Shown in pieces: positions 27,773-36,677 of a stretch of 64,000 nucleotides of DNA. How positions within the stretch are numbered: the stretch's first letter is position 1; each line of letters starts with the position of its first letter. The position numbers were made by a program, and so were the translations under genes. The notes under the pieces were generated by a model. It ran no database searches, was not told the origin of the DNA, and saw only the letters and a program-made list of their open reading frames with translations. Source of the stretch: an uncultured delta proteobacterium (lineage in GTDB: Bacteria > Desulfobacterota > Desulfobaccia > Desulfobaccales > 0-14-0-80-60-11); assembly GCA_963705115.1 (NCBI GenBank), contig CAVPIX010000002.1, positions 11,555 through 75,554 on the forward strand. The letters are read 5' to 3'.

Positions 27773-27878
27773 TGTACAGTATCTTAACAGTTGTACATAA
27801 AACCTTTACACTCATATAACACATTGAATTAATTATAATAGTTTTTGGCCTCCTGTAAGCCTGTCAAGATGCTTTACA
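27773..27878. promoter_or_regulatory. Candidate enhancer (UAS) sites TGT-N11-ACA
   Basis: tgtacagtatcttaaca (27773-27789) and tgtcaagatgctttaca (27862-27878), between two divergent sigma54-like promoters. Confidence 0.4.
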
Positions 27879-27989
27879 GTTGGGGAGCCCCACCCCAGAG
27901 AGACCCCTGCAACCGCCAATATCCCGGATGTCCCCCATTGCCACCGTTTACGGTGTTCCCCTTTAAAAAGACCGGAGAAAAAAGCTGCG

Positions 27990-28005
27990 TGGCACAGATA
28001 TTGTA
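27990..28005 (+). promoter_or_regulatory. Putative sigma54 promoter for the Cys-rich/GcvH-like genes
   Basis: TGGCAC-AGATA-TTGTA (-12 is GT rather than GC). Confidence 0.5.
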
Positions 28006-28101
28006 ATGATAGTAGTGCAAATGCGACAAACCAAGTAATAGCTGCTCTTCAACTAAAAGAACACCGTGTTATTACAGGGTTCAACCTGAAGGAGGCTGGT
28101 C

Positions 28102-28530
28102 ATGAGAACGGCAAGCGAACAGCAAAGTCAAGGGAGGCAGGTTTTTTCCATTAACGGTAATCAGTGTGTGTGGATGAAAGCCGGCGTGGTGAATTACAAG
28201 ACCTGCGATAATGCCTTCGATTGTACTTCCTGTACTTTTGATAAGGAAATCAGCAGGAAGTCGGCACAAAAAGCAACTGCCTTGGTTAGTTGGGGAGAGG
28301 TCATGCGGCAACCCCATTTGCATAAGGAATGCCGGCACATGCTGACCGGCCGGGTCCTTTTTAAACTCTGCGCCCACAACTACGAATGTAAGGACTGTGC
28401 CTACGATCAGCAACTGTATGAATATGACCAGCTCATGAATGAAGAGAACCTGTCAGCTATCGCCGCGGTTCAGGTTGATAACTTTCCCGGCTTCACAGTG
28501 TCCATGGTTGACAATTATTGCTCCATATGA
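28102..28530 (+). CDS. Stand-alone double Cys-rich domain (2 x CX12CX5CX2C), duplicate of the N-terminus of the next gene
   Basis: GGAGG RBS; near-identical to the N-terminal ~110 aa of 28621..29541; all eight Cys retained. Confidence 0.8.
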   Translation: MRTASEQQSQGRQVFSINGNQCVWMKAGVVNYKTCDNAFDCTSCTFDKEISRKSAQKATALVSWGEVMRQPHLHKECRHMLTGRVLFKLCAHNYECKDCAYDQQLYEYDQLMNEENLSAIAAVQVDNFPGFTVSMVDNYCSI

Positions 28531-28620
28531 GCATGACGCCGCTCGGCGCCAATAATTCCATTGCCACCCCGCACCGAAGAGAGCGCCTGCTCTGGTGCGG
28601 GGAAATCAAGGAGGGTGATT

Positions 28621-29541
28621 ATGAAAACGCCAGACGGACAAAAAGGCCACAGAGTTAAAGTTTTTTCCATGGAAGACAACCAGTGTGTCTGGATGAAGGC
28701 CGGGGTGGTGAATTTCAAAATCTGCGACAATGCCTTTGATTGCACTTCCTGCGCCTTTGACAAGGGCATCAGCAAGAAGGCGGCGCAAAAGCCCACCGCA
28801 CTGGTCAGTTGGCAGGAGGTCATGCAGCAGCCGCATTTGCACAAGGAATGCCGGCATATGCTCACCGGCCGGGTCCAATTCAAGTTGTGCTCCCACAATT
28901 TCGAATGCAAGGACTGCGCCTACGATCAGCAGCTCTATGAGTACGACCAGCTCCTGGTTGAAGAGGACCTGTGGTCTCATCCCGCGGCGACGGCCAACAA
29001 GATTGGCGGCTTCAGGGTGGCCGACGGCTATTACTACCACAAGGGCCACGGCTGGGCCCGCATCGAGCACGGCGGCTTCGTGCGCCTGGGGGTGGATGAT
29101 TTTGCCTGGAAGCTCCTCGGTTGGCCCACGGATATCTCTTTGCCGAAAATCGGCGCGAAGCTCAAGCCCACTGAGACAGGCTGGTCCATTACGAGAGAGG
29201 ACCATACCGCTGAGGTGCTCTCCCCCATGAGCGGCGTCGTCATGGCCACCAATCAAAACGCCTTGAAGCAGCCCAAGCTCGCCAAACAAGACCCCTACGG
29301 CCAGGGCTGGCTGGTGGTCATTGACCCCTTGAGCGGCCTGAAGAGCAAAACCAGAAGTCTGATGTTCGAGCAGAAAGCCGTTTCCTGGCTCAATGCCGAG
29401 GTCATGAAGCTGGACGACCTGGTGATGAGTGCCTACGGCGTCCCCCTGGCGGCCACCGGTGGTGAAATCGTGGACGATATCTACGGCAACCTGCATGATG
29501 TCAAGTGGGAAGACCTGATGCAGACGTTTCTGCATACCTGA
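28621..29541 (+). CDS. GcvH-like protein 1 (Cys-rich N-terminus, lipoyl Lys absent)
   Basis: YYHKGHGWA, VRLGVDDFA, SPMSGVV and DPYGQGWL define the H-protein fold; the lipoyl-Lys position reads Asp (ITREDHTAE). Confidence 0.85.
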   Translation: MKTPDGQKGHRVKVFSMEDNQCVWMKAGVVNFKICDNAFDCTSCAFDKGISKKAAQKPTALVSWQEVMQQPHLHKECRHMLTGRVQFKLCSHNFECKDCAYDQQLYEYDQLLVEEDLWSHPAATANKIGGFRVADGYYYHKGHGWARIEHGGFVRLGVDDFAWKLLGWPTDISLPKIGAKLKPTETGWSITREDHTAEVLSPMSGVVMATNQNALKQPKLAKQDPYGQGWLVVIDPLSGLKSKTRSLMFEQKAVSWLNAEVMKLDDLVMSAYGVPLAATGGEIVDDIYGNLHDVKWEDLMQTFLHT

Positions 29542-29573
29542 GGGTGGCCCGGCATGAGGGGCGGGGCGGCCAG

Positions 29574-30146
29574 TCAGGCCGGCAGGCTGCGCAGGCTCTG
29601 GCGCAGGGCAAAGCTGCACCGCTCGCAAAAAAAGAGGTCCAAGTCGTCGAGGTGGCGGAGTCCGGGGCTATAACACATGAGGCACTTGGGGGTCTCGCAA
29701 TGGTACAGGGAGAAAGTGTGAGCCAGTTCATGGAGGGCGATCTTGGCCAGACGTTCATAATAGACGCCCTCCGGAGCCACCACCCCGTCTTCCAGGTGCT
29801 TCAGGCGGAAATCGGAAATAATTGCCAGGCTTAGCCCCAACTCCGCCTGACCGAACACAAAGGTGAGTATCGGCGAGCACAGGTCTACGTTCGTGACGGC
29901 CAGGATGCGCAGGTGGTGCGGGAACGGAAAGCCGGCCAGGTGCTTAAGGATGAGCCCGGCATCATACTGATTGCGCTGGCGTTGAAAAGCTTCCGCCGGG
30001 ATGGCCATGGCCGGCAGCATCTCCACCGGCGTTTCCAAAAGCGCCTGGATGTTGGCGGCTATCACCCGCAGCGCGGGGCGCGGCACCCGGCCCATCAAGG
30101 TCAGACCGATGGCGGGGGCCTGGGGCTTTTCTCGTGGCGGCGGCAT
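29574..30146 (-). CDS. Archaemetzincin-like Zn metalloprotease
   Basis: TFVFGQA, HELAHTFSLYHC...CLM...FCERC (HExxHxxGxxH with Gly replaced by Ser; Cys4 site retained). Confidence 0.85.
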   Translation of the reverse strand: MPPPREKPQAPAIGLTLMGRVPRPALRVIAANIQALLETPVEMLPAMAIPAEAFQRQRNQYDAGLILKHLAGFPFPHHLRILAVTNVDLCSPILTFVFGQAELGLSLAIISDFRLKHLEDGVVAPEGVYYERLAKIALHELAHTFSLYHCETPKCLMCYSPGLRHLDDLDLFFCERCSFALRQSLRSLPA

Positions 30147-30745
30147 ATCAAAAAGCCCGGGGGGGGGGATTCATAGACATGGTTTCACATTATGGGCGGG
30201 ACTGTAGGGTCTTTTCCCTCCATAAGTCTTTTTGAATTTTAGATGTTCTCTCCCACTTCTGCTTTCAGAAAATAGCATGCGCAGTCCTCCCGTCAAGGCC
30301 AAACCTGGGACCCGCTCCCCTGGGCCTTGATCCGCCTATTCCCGCACTACCAGCCATGGCCAAACCGCATTTTTCCCGAAGGGCAGGACCTAAGGTCCCT
30401 GCCCTCCCCCATCCCCTCTCCCAACCCCTTGAGAAGCCGCCGGGTCCATTGACTACAAGTCTCTGGGATTGATGAAAATCCCATCAAAAAGTGATATCTT
30501 AGATTTACCTGTTGCGAAATAAATCACAAAAGGCCTAGGATTTTTCTGGTCAAGGCTGGTAACTTTTCGTAATATCGTGAAAATACTATTTCCCTGAGGC
30601 ATCATGAGCAAGACCGGCAGCGGCAAAGGCCCCCTGGTGGGCCACTTCACCTGCGACCCCGTGCTGCGTCGGCGCCCCCCTTTCCGCCGCGATCTCCCCT
30701 GGATTGAGGTGACAGGCGGTCCTGCTCCTTTCCCGGAGTGTTCTC

Positions 30746-33001
30746 ATGAGTCCTTTTAAATCCAACTACAATCTTGCCATAGTGGGCGCCGGCCGGCAGG
30801 GGGTGTCCATCCTGGCGGCCCTGGTGCCGCCCCGCAAGGAAAATGAATTTCTCCGGGTGGTGGGCATAGCGGACCTCAATCCCCTAGCTCCCGGCATCGT
30901 CTACGCCAACCGCCACGACCTTTTCGTCACCGACAATTTCACCGATCTCCTCAAGATTCCGGACCTGGACATCATCGTCAACGCCACCGGCCGCCCGGAG
31001 GTCCTGGAGCAATTGAACGAGCAGCGCCCGGAGGGGCTCATCATCTTGAGCGTTAACCGCCCCTATTCCTGGGAAGATTTCTGGGACCTCGTCTCCATGG
31101 AGCTGTCTGCCCCGCAAGTCGCGCCCATACGCCTGGGCATCGTGGGGGGCGGCAAGGCGGCCCACGAAGTCCTCCAGCTTATTACCAAAGACCGCCGCCA
31201 CCAACGGCGCATCGACATTGTCGGCGTGGCTGACCCCGATAAGGAAGCCCCGGGGGTTATCCTTGCCCAGCACATGAAAATTCCGGTTTTCAAGAATTGC
31301 GCCCTGCTGTTGGCGGAAAAGCCGGATGTCATCCTGGAGCTCACCGGCGACCCCAAGGTGCGGGAGCAGGTTATCCAGCAGAAGGACCCTCATGCCCAGA
31401 TTATCGACCACATCAAGGCCCGTTTGTTTTGGGACCTCCTGCGTTATGAAGAGGAAGGCCTGCGCCGGAAAGTGGAAAGTGAAATCAAAATTGCCGGCCA
31501 GCGGGACCGGTTTCAGAGAATTTTTGACCATCTCCCTGATCCGGTGCTGGTGTTAAGATCGGATTATCTCGTGGAGGATGCCAACCTCCCCTCTTTAGAG
31601 CGCTTTCAGAAAAAGGCCGAGGAAGTGGTGGGCCGGCCTTGCTATGAAGTTTTTCATGGCTTTGAGGACCCCTGCGATCACCTGGGCATGACCTGCCCCT
31701 TGCCGGAGGTTTTGGACAAGTGCCAGGCCGTCAAGGTCTTGCAGCGCTGTGACCAGGCTGACGGCACCCAGAGCTATGACGAAATCACCATGGCGCCTCT
31801 GTGTCCGCCGGAGGGCGCCAAAAAAAGGGTGATCGAGGTCATCAGGGATGTCACCCCCCGCAAGAACTTGGAAGAAGCCCTGCGCCTTTCGGAAAAAAGG
31901 GTCCGCAAGGATAAGGCCTTTCTCGAGACCATTGTCAACGGCATCCAAGATCACATGATGGTCATCGGCCTGGATTACCGGATCATCGAGGTCAATGAGG
32001 CCCTGCTGCAGATGGTGGGCCAGAAGCGGGAAGAGGTAGTGGGCAAGCATTGTTATCAGGTGTCCCACCACTTGCATGAGCCCTGCACCGACCCCGATCA
32101 TCCCTGTCCCTTAAAGGATGTCCTGACCACGGGCAAGGCGGTCTCCGCCACCCACGTACACTTCGACAAGGACGGCCGGGAGCGCTATTACCAGGTGGTC
32201 TGCCACCCCATATACGATGATAACGGGCGCATCCATCAGGTGGTTGACCTGGCCCGGGATGTCACCCAGGAAATCACCAGCCGCACCCAGTTGCTGCACG
32301 ACGACAAGATGACGTCCCTGGGTAAGTTATCCGCCAGTGTCGTCCATGAAATTAACAACCCGCTGACCGGAATCCTTAATTTTATCAAATTGATACAGAG
32401 ATTGGTAGGCAAAGGCGAGCTGGACGAGGATGATCTGTCGCAATTATCCGGCTACCTCGATTTGGTTTATAAGGAAACCTACCGGGTCAGCAAAACGGTA
32501 TCCAATCTTCTGATGTTTTCCCGCAAGACCAAGGCGGAGTTCCGGCCCGTGAATCTGAATAACCTGATCTCCGAGACCATCTCCCTGGTGGAAAGCCAGT
32601 TGCGCTTGCAGGACATCAAGGTGAAGCGCCGCCTATCCGCCGACCTGCTGTCCGTCATGGGGGATCAGAGTCAGTTGAAACAGGCGCTCTTAAACCTGTT
32701 GCTGAACGCCATTGAGGCCATGCCCACCGGCGGCGCCCTGACATTGAGCACCAAAAACACCCGGAGCCAGAATGTGGAGATGCAAATCGCCGACACCGGG
32801 GTAGGCATCCCCAAAGAAAGTTTTTCTTATATTTTCGAACCCTTCTATACCACAAAGAAAACCGGCTCCAGCGTAGGTCTTGGGCTTTCCGTGGTGTATG
32901 GCATCATCCGCGACCACAAAGGCACCATCAAAGTGGATAGCACTGTGGGGCAAGGGACGGTCTTTACTGTCCGACTGCCTGCTACTAAACCGGAGGAATA
33001 A
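30746..33001 (+). CDS. Cytoplasmic histidine kinase: two Rossmann-like domains, two Cys-motif PAS domains, HisKA-HATPase
   Basis: IVGAGRQG...GIAD and IVGGGKAA...GVAD; GRPCYE...PC...CPL and GKHCYQ...PC...CPL; VHEINNP; DTGVGI; VGLGL. Confidence 0.92.
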   Translation: MSPFKSNYNLAIVGAGRQGVSILAALVPPRKENEFLRVVGIADLNPLAPGIVYANRHDLFVTDNFTDLLKIPDLDIIVNATGRPEVLEQLNEQRPEGLIILSVNRPYSWEDFWDLVSMELSAPQVAPIRLGIVGGGKAAHEVLQLITKDRRHQRRIDIVGVADPDKEAPGVILAQHMKIPVFKNCALLLAEKPDVILELTGDPKVREQVIQQKDPHAQIIDHIKARLFWDLLRYEEEGLRRKVESEIKIAGQRDRFQRIFDHLPDPVLVLRSDYLVEDANLPSLERFQKKAEEVVGRPCYEVFHGFEDPCDHLGMTCPLPEVLDKCQAVKVLQRCDQADGTQSYDEITMAPLCPPEGAKKRVIEVIRDVTPRKNLEEALRLSEKRVRKDKAFLETIVNGIQDHMMVIGLDYRIIEVNEALLQMVGQKREEVVGKHCYQVSHHLHEPCTDPDHPCPLKDVLTTGKAVSATHVHFDKDGRERYYQVVCHPIYDDNGRIHQVVDLARDVTQEITSRTQLLHDDKMTSLGKLSASVVHEINNPLTGILNFIKLIQRLVGKGELDEDDLSQLSGYLDLVYKETYRVSKTVSNLLMFSRKTKAEFRPVNLNNLISETISLVESQLRLQDIKVKRRLSADLLSVMGDQSQLKQALLNLLLNAIEAMPTGGALTLSTKNTRSQNVEMQIADTGVGIPKESFSYIFEPFYTTKKTGSSVGLGLSVVYGIIRDHKGTIKVDSTVGQGTVFTVRLPATKPEE

Positions 33002-34352
33002 GTGCTGCCGCATAAAAAGATCAGGATCCTCGTCGTGGACGACGAACTGAGCATCCGTGAATCCCTTAAAGGTTGGCTGCAACTGGACGGCTACCAGGTG
33101 GACGCCGCGGCCGGCGGTTCGGAGGCCCTGGCCAAGAACGCCGAGAACCGCTTCGACATCATGCTCATCGACGTCAAGATGCCTGAAATGGACGGCTTGA
33201 CCTTGCTGAAAAAGGTTAAGGAAACCGATGCCGATATCGCCATTCTCATGATGACCGCCCACGGCGCCATTCGGGATGCGGTGGAAGCCATGAAACTGGG
33301 CGCCTACGATTATCTGCTCAAGCCCTTCGAACTGGAGGAATTAAGCCTCAGCATCGAAAAACTGGTGCATTTGCAAACCCTGGCCATGGAAAACCTTATC
33401 CTGAAGGAGCGGGTCGCCAGCATCACCCGGTTTGAAAACCTGGTGAGTCAGGCTCCGGTCATGATTAAGCTGTTTGAAACCATTGTGGATGTGGCCCAAA
33501 CCGACGCCACCGTCCTCATCACCGGCGAAACCGGCACCGGCAAAGAGTTGGTGGCCCGGGCCATCCATACTCAAAGCCCGCGCTGTTACGCCCCTTTCAT
33601 TGCCATCAACTGCGGGGCCTTCACCGAACAACTCCTGGAGAGCGAACTCTTCGGCCACGAGCGGGGCGCGTTCACCGACGCCAAAAGCGCCAAGAAGGGC
33701 CGCCTGGAAATGGCCAATGCCGGCACCCTCTTCCTGGACGAAGTGGGTGATATTTCCATGAGGATGCAGATTGACCTGCTGCGGGTGCTCCAGACCCGGG
33801 AATTCACCCGAGTGGGCGGCACCCTCACCCTGCGCAGCGATTTCCGGGTCATCGCCGCCACCAACCAGGATATCCAGGAAGCCATCCAGAAAAAGACCTT
33901 CCGATCCGACTTGTTTTACCGGTTAAATGTGGTTCATCTCGAGGTACCGCCCCTGAGGGAGAGGCCGGAAGATATTCCCCTTTTTGGCCCAGCATTTTTT
34001 GTGGTGCTATGCCACCGAGACCAATAAAAAGATCGACTCCATCCATCCGGAGGCCATGGAGGCCTTGCGGCGCTATCTGTGGCCCGGAAATGTCAGGGAA
34101 CTGGAGAATGCCATCGAACGGGCCGTAGTGGTGGGGAAAGGCCGGCAAATCCAACTAAAGGATTTGCCTTTTACCATTGCTTTGGGAGGCGCGGCGGAAA
34201 TGGAAAAATTGTCTCTGGAGGAGATGGAGCGCCAGCATATTGCCCGGGTCCTGGCCATCGAAGCCGGCAATCTTTCCAATGTTGCCAGAGTCCTGCGCAT
34301 CAACCGCTCCACGCTTTATGCCAAGATCAAGAAATACGGCTTGGCGCCCTAA
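33002..34352 (+). pseudogene. sigma54-dependent response regulator split by a +1 frameshift (T5 at 33981-33985)
   Basis: ORF 33002..34027 carries REC and AAA+ (GAFTDA). Removing one T gives DIPLLAQHFL and joins ORF 33984..34352 (WPGNVRELEN, HTH). Confidence 0.85.
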
Positions 34353-34392
34353 AACCGTTTCTTAAACTCTCCAATGCTAACTTATGGGTTGA

Positions 34393-35031
34393 ATGGCAAA
34401 CCATCCGTTTTTAGGCCTGGTGGCCTTAGGTCCCGTCGATCCGGACATCCTTCGGAGACTGCGCACCACCCTCGCTAAGTTCCTCAAGCTGCCGGTGCGG
34501 GTGCTGAAACCCAAGCCCCTGCCGGCGCAGACGTATCACTTGACGCGGCAGCAGTATAATTCCACCCAGTTGCTGGAATTTCTCCTGGACCATGTAAAAA
34601 CCAGGGCCCTGCGGGTTTTAGGGGTGACGGCCGGGGATCTTTATATTCCCATCCTGACTTTCATTTTCGGTGAGGGCCTGGTAAACGGCAAGGCTGCCAT
34701 CATCTCCCTGTTCCGTCCCCGGGGTGACGCCGATGGGGTCACACCTTCCCGGACGGTCCTCATGGAACGCCTTATAAAGCTGAGCCTGCACGAATTGGGT
34801 CACACCTTCGGCCTGGGGCATTGCCGCGAAAAGGGGTGTTTAATGGGATTTTCGTCGAATTTGGAAAAATTGGACCAGACAGAAATTGCTTTCTGTGATT
34901 ATTGCCAGGTTTTAATGACGGATTTCTTTCTGGAGCAAGGCTTGCAGCCGCCCCTCAAGCGGTATGCAGAAACTCCTGTACAAGTCGCTTCCAACCCAGG
35001 TTCGGGTAATTCCCATAAACATCGTCAATGA
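34393..35031 (+). CDS. Archaemetzincin-like Zn metalloprotease
   Basis: TFIFGEG, HELGHTFGLGHC...CLMGFS...FCDYC (canonical motif). Confidence 0.9.
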   Translation: MANHPFLGLVALGPVDPDILRRLRTTLAKFLKLPVRVLKPKPLPAQTYHLTRQQYNSTQLLEFLLDHVKTRALRVLGVTAGDLYIPILTFIFGEGLVNGKAAIISLFRPRGDADGVTPSRTVLMERLIKLSLHELGHTFGLGHCREKGCLMGFSSNLEKLDQTEIAFCDYCQVLMTDFFLEQGLQPPLKRYAETPVQVASNPGSGNSHKHRQ

Positions 35032-35836
35032 TCGTCCCTCCGGAAGGCAGGAAGGCTCCCGGAGCGGCTTGCAGCATCCCCAACAGCTTGATGATTTCGC
35101 TCTCGGTCCAGGCGATGTTGCACTGGCCAAAAAGCATCTCTTCCAGATCCCCCTTCAAGTTGGTGGGAGTAACTACAAAGAGCCAGCCCTCACCGTAGGG
35201 ATCGTCATGGGTGATTTGCGGTCTTTCCCGGACCTTGGGATTAATGGCGTCGATGGTCCCGTCAAGGGGCGCCAGAACCTCAGCCTTTTTCCTCTGGCGG
35301 CCCAGGCTCATGAACGGTTCGTTAGCTCTAATTTTTTGGCCGATTTTCGGAAAATCCATCCTGGTGACCGGGCCCAGGAGTTTTTGCGAGAAGTCGTCCA
35401 AGCCGAGACGCACCCGGTCAGCCTTCTCCAGAGCCACCCAGGTGTGGCCCAGATGCAGAAAATTGGAGGTGGGCACTTGAATGCCGAAAATTTCATGCAC
35501 CCGGGGTTGGGGGGGGGCCAGGAAAAAATCGAATTGTTCTTCCAGAAGCTCGTCAAAGGAACACTGGTGGCAGAAATTTGTCTTCATCAACGGGCACTGG
35601 CGGCGTTCCCCGAACCGTTGGTGCATCTTGTTTTCCCACGGCAGCCGCTTTACTGCCTGTGCCGCAGGATCCTTCGCTGACTGTCGCCGGGCCAGTTGTT
35701 TGACCGCGGATTCGGTCATGGCCTGGTCGAATTCGCAGGCCTGGCAATCGAAGTTATTATCACAGAGCTTGAACTGGATCACCCCGGCATCCACCCAGAT
35801 GCAGGATTTCTTACTTTCCATAACTCTCTCTGCCAT
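34955..35836 (-). CDS. GcvH-like protein 2 (Cys-rich N-terminus, lipoyl Lys absent)
   Basis: Start at ATG 35836. CIWVDAGVIQFKLCDNNFDCQAC; LHLGHTW, LGLDDF, APLDG and DPYGEGW; the lipoyl position reads Arg. Confidence 0.85.
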   Translation of the reverse strand: MAERVMESKKSCIWVDAGVIQFKLCDNNFDCQACEFDQAMTESAVKQLARRQSAKDPAAQAVKRLPWENKMHQRFGERRQCPLMKTNFCHQCSFDELLEEQFDFFLAPPQPRVHEIFGIQVPTSNFLHLGHTWVALEKADRVRLGLDDFSQKLLGPVTRMDFPKIGQKIRANEPFMSLGRQRKKAEVLAPLDGTIDAINPKVRERPQITHDDPYGEGWLFVVTPTNLKGDLEEMLFGQCNIAWTESEIIKLLGMLQAAPGAFLPSGGTIIDDVYGNYPNLGWKRLVQEFLHTA

Positions 35837-35986
35837 GATCTTAGCTCCCAGCCTGACAAACCCTGGCGGATTTACCAATGAGCAAGGTTTGCCCAATCCA
35901 CCCTGCCTTCACCCTTCTCCAGGAAGGGTGAAGGCCAGGGAACAGGAGAAACAGCTGCGTTCTCCTGATTTTCAGGTCTCCCTCCT

Positions 35987-36601
35987 TTACTTCACCGGAC
36001 GGATGAGACCCTTTTTCATCAGGTTTTTCAGGAAAAATTCCTGGACCAGGAGCTTCCAGCCCAACTCCTGATAATTGCCATAGACGTCGTCGACGATTTC
36101 GCCGCCGTCAGGCAGGGTGACGCCAATCCTGGTCTCCATCAGGTTCAGCAGGCGGTGCGACTCCTTTTCCATCCAGATGACCGCATCCTCGCCGGTGAGC
36201 AGGTTCTCCAGATTGCGGCGGAGATTGATGGGCTTGACCATAAACAGCCAGCCTTCCCCGTAAGGATCATCATGAATGAGACCAGGGTTTTGCTGGACCT
36301 TGGGGTTGACCTCCTCAATGGCGCCGTCCACCGGAGCCTCAAAGGAAGCCTTTTTCCCCTCCCGGATCAAAGCCAGGCAAAGATGATCCTGAAAGTAGAC
36401 CTTGCCGATCTCCGGCAGCCTGACTTCCTTTGCCAGGCCCAGGAGCTTTTGAGAGAAGTCATCCAGTCCCACCCTTACCAGATCGTCGCCCTCAGGCGCC
36501 GCCCAGGTATGGCCCCGGTGCAGGTAATAATTCTCGGTGGGCACTTGAAAACCGAAAACCTCGCTCATCTGTGACCGTGTGATCTTTTCCTGAGGCATCA
36601 T
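35987..36601 (-). CDS. GcvH-like protein 3 (no Cys-rich domain, lipoyl Lys absent)
   Basis: Start at ATG 36601 after AAGGAGG; LHRGHTW, VGLDDF, APVDG and DPYGEGW; the lipoyl position reads Gly. Confidence 0.85.
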   Translation of the reverse strand: MMPQEKITRSQMSEVFGFQVPTENYYLHRGHTWAAPEGDDLVRVGLDDFSQKLLGLAKEVRLPEIGKVYFQDHLCLALIREGKKASFEAPVDGAIEEVNPKVQQNPGLIHDDPYGEGWLFMVKPINLRRNLENLLTGEDAVIWMEKESHRLLNLMETRIGVTLPDGGEIVDDVYGNYQELGWKLLVQEFFLKNLMKKGLIRPVK

Positions 36602-36677
36602 GACCTGTCCCTCCTTAAAGGACATACTGAAGTTCGATGTTTCAACCTCTGCCACTATCTCGCGGCAGAGGGGACCG

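Noticed and set aside
30453-30650. Small AT-rich ORF between the protease and kinase genes
   Set aside because: No clear RBS or motif; it may be promoter DNA or a remnant.
28621-36601. Annotating these genes as gcvH of a glycine cleavage system
   Set aside because: The lipoyl Lys is missing and no gcvP/gcvT/lpd is nearby, so the gene symbol was withheld.
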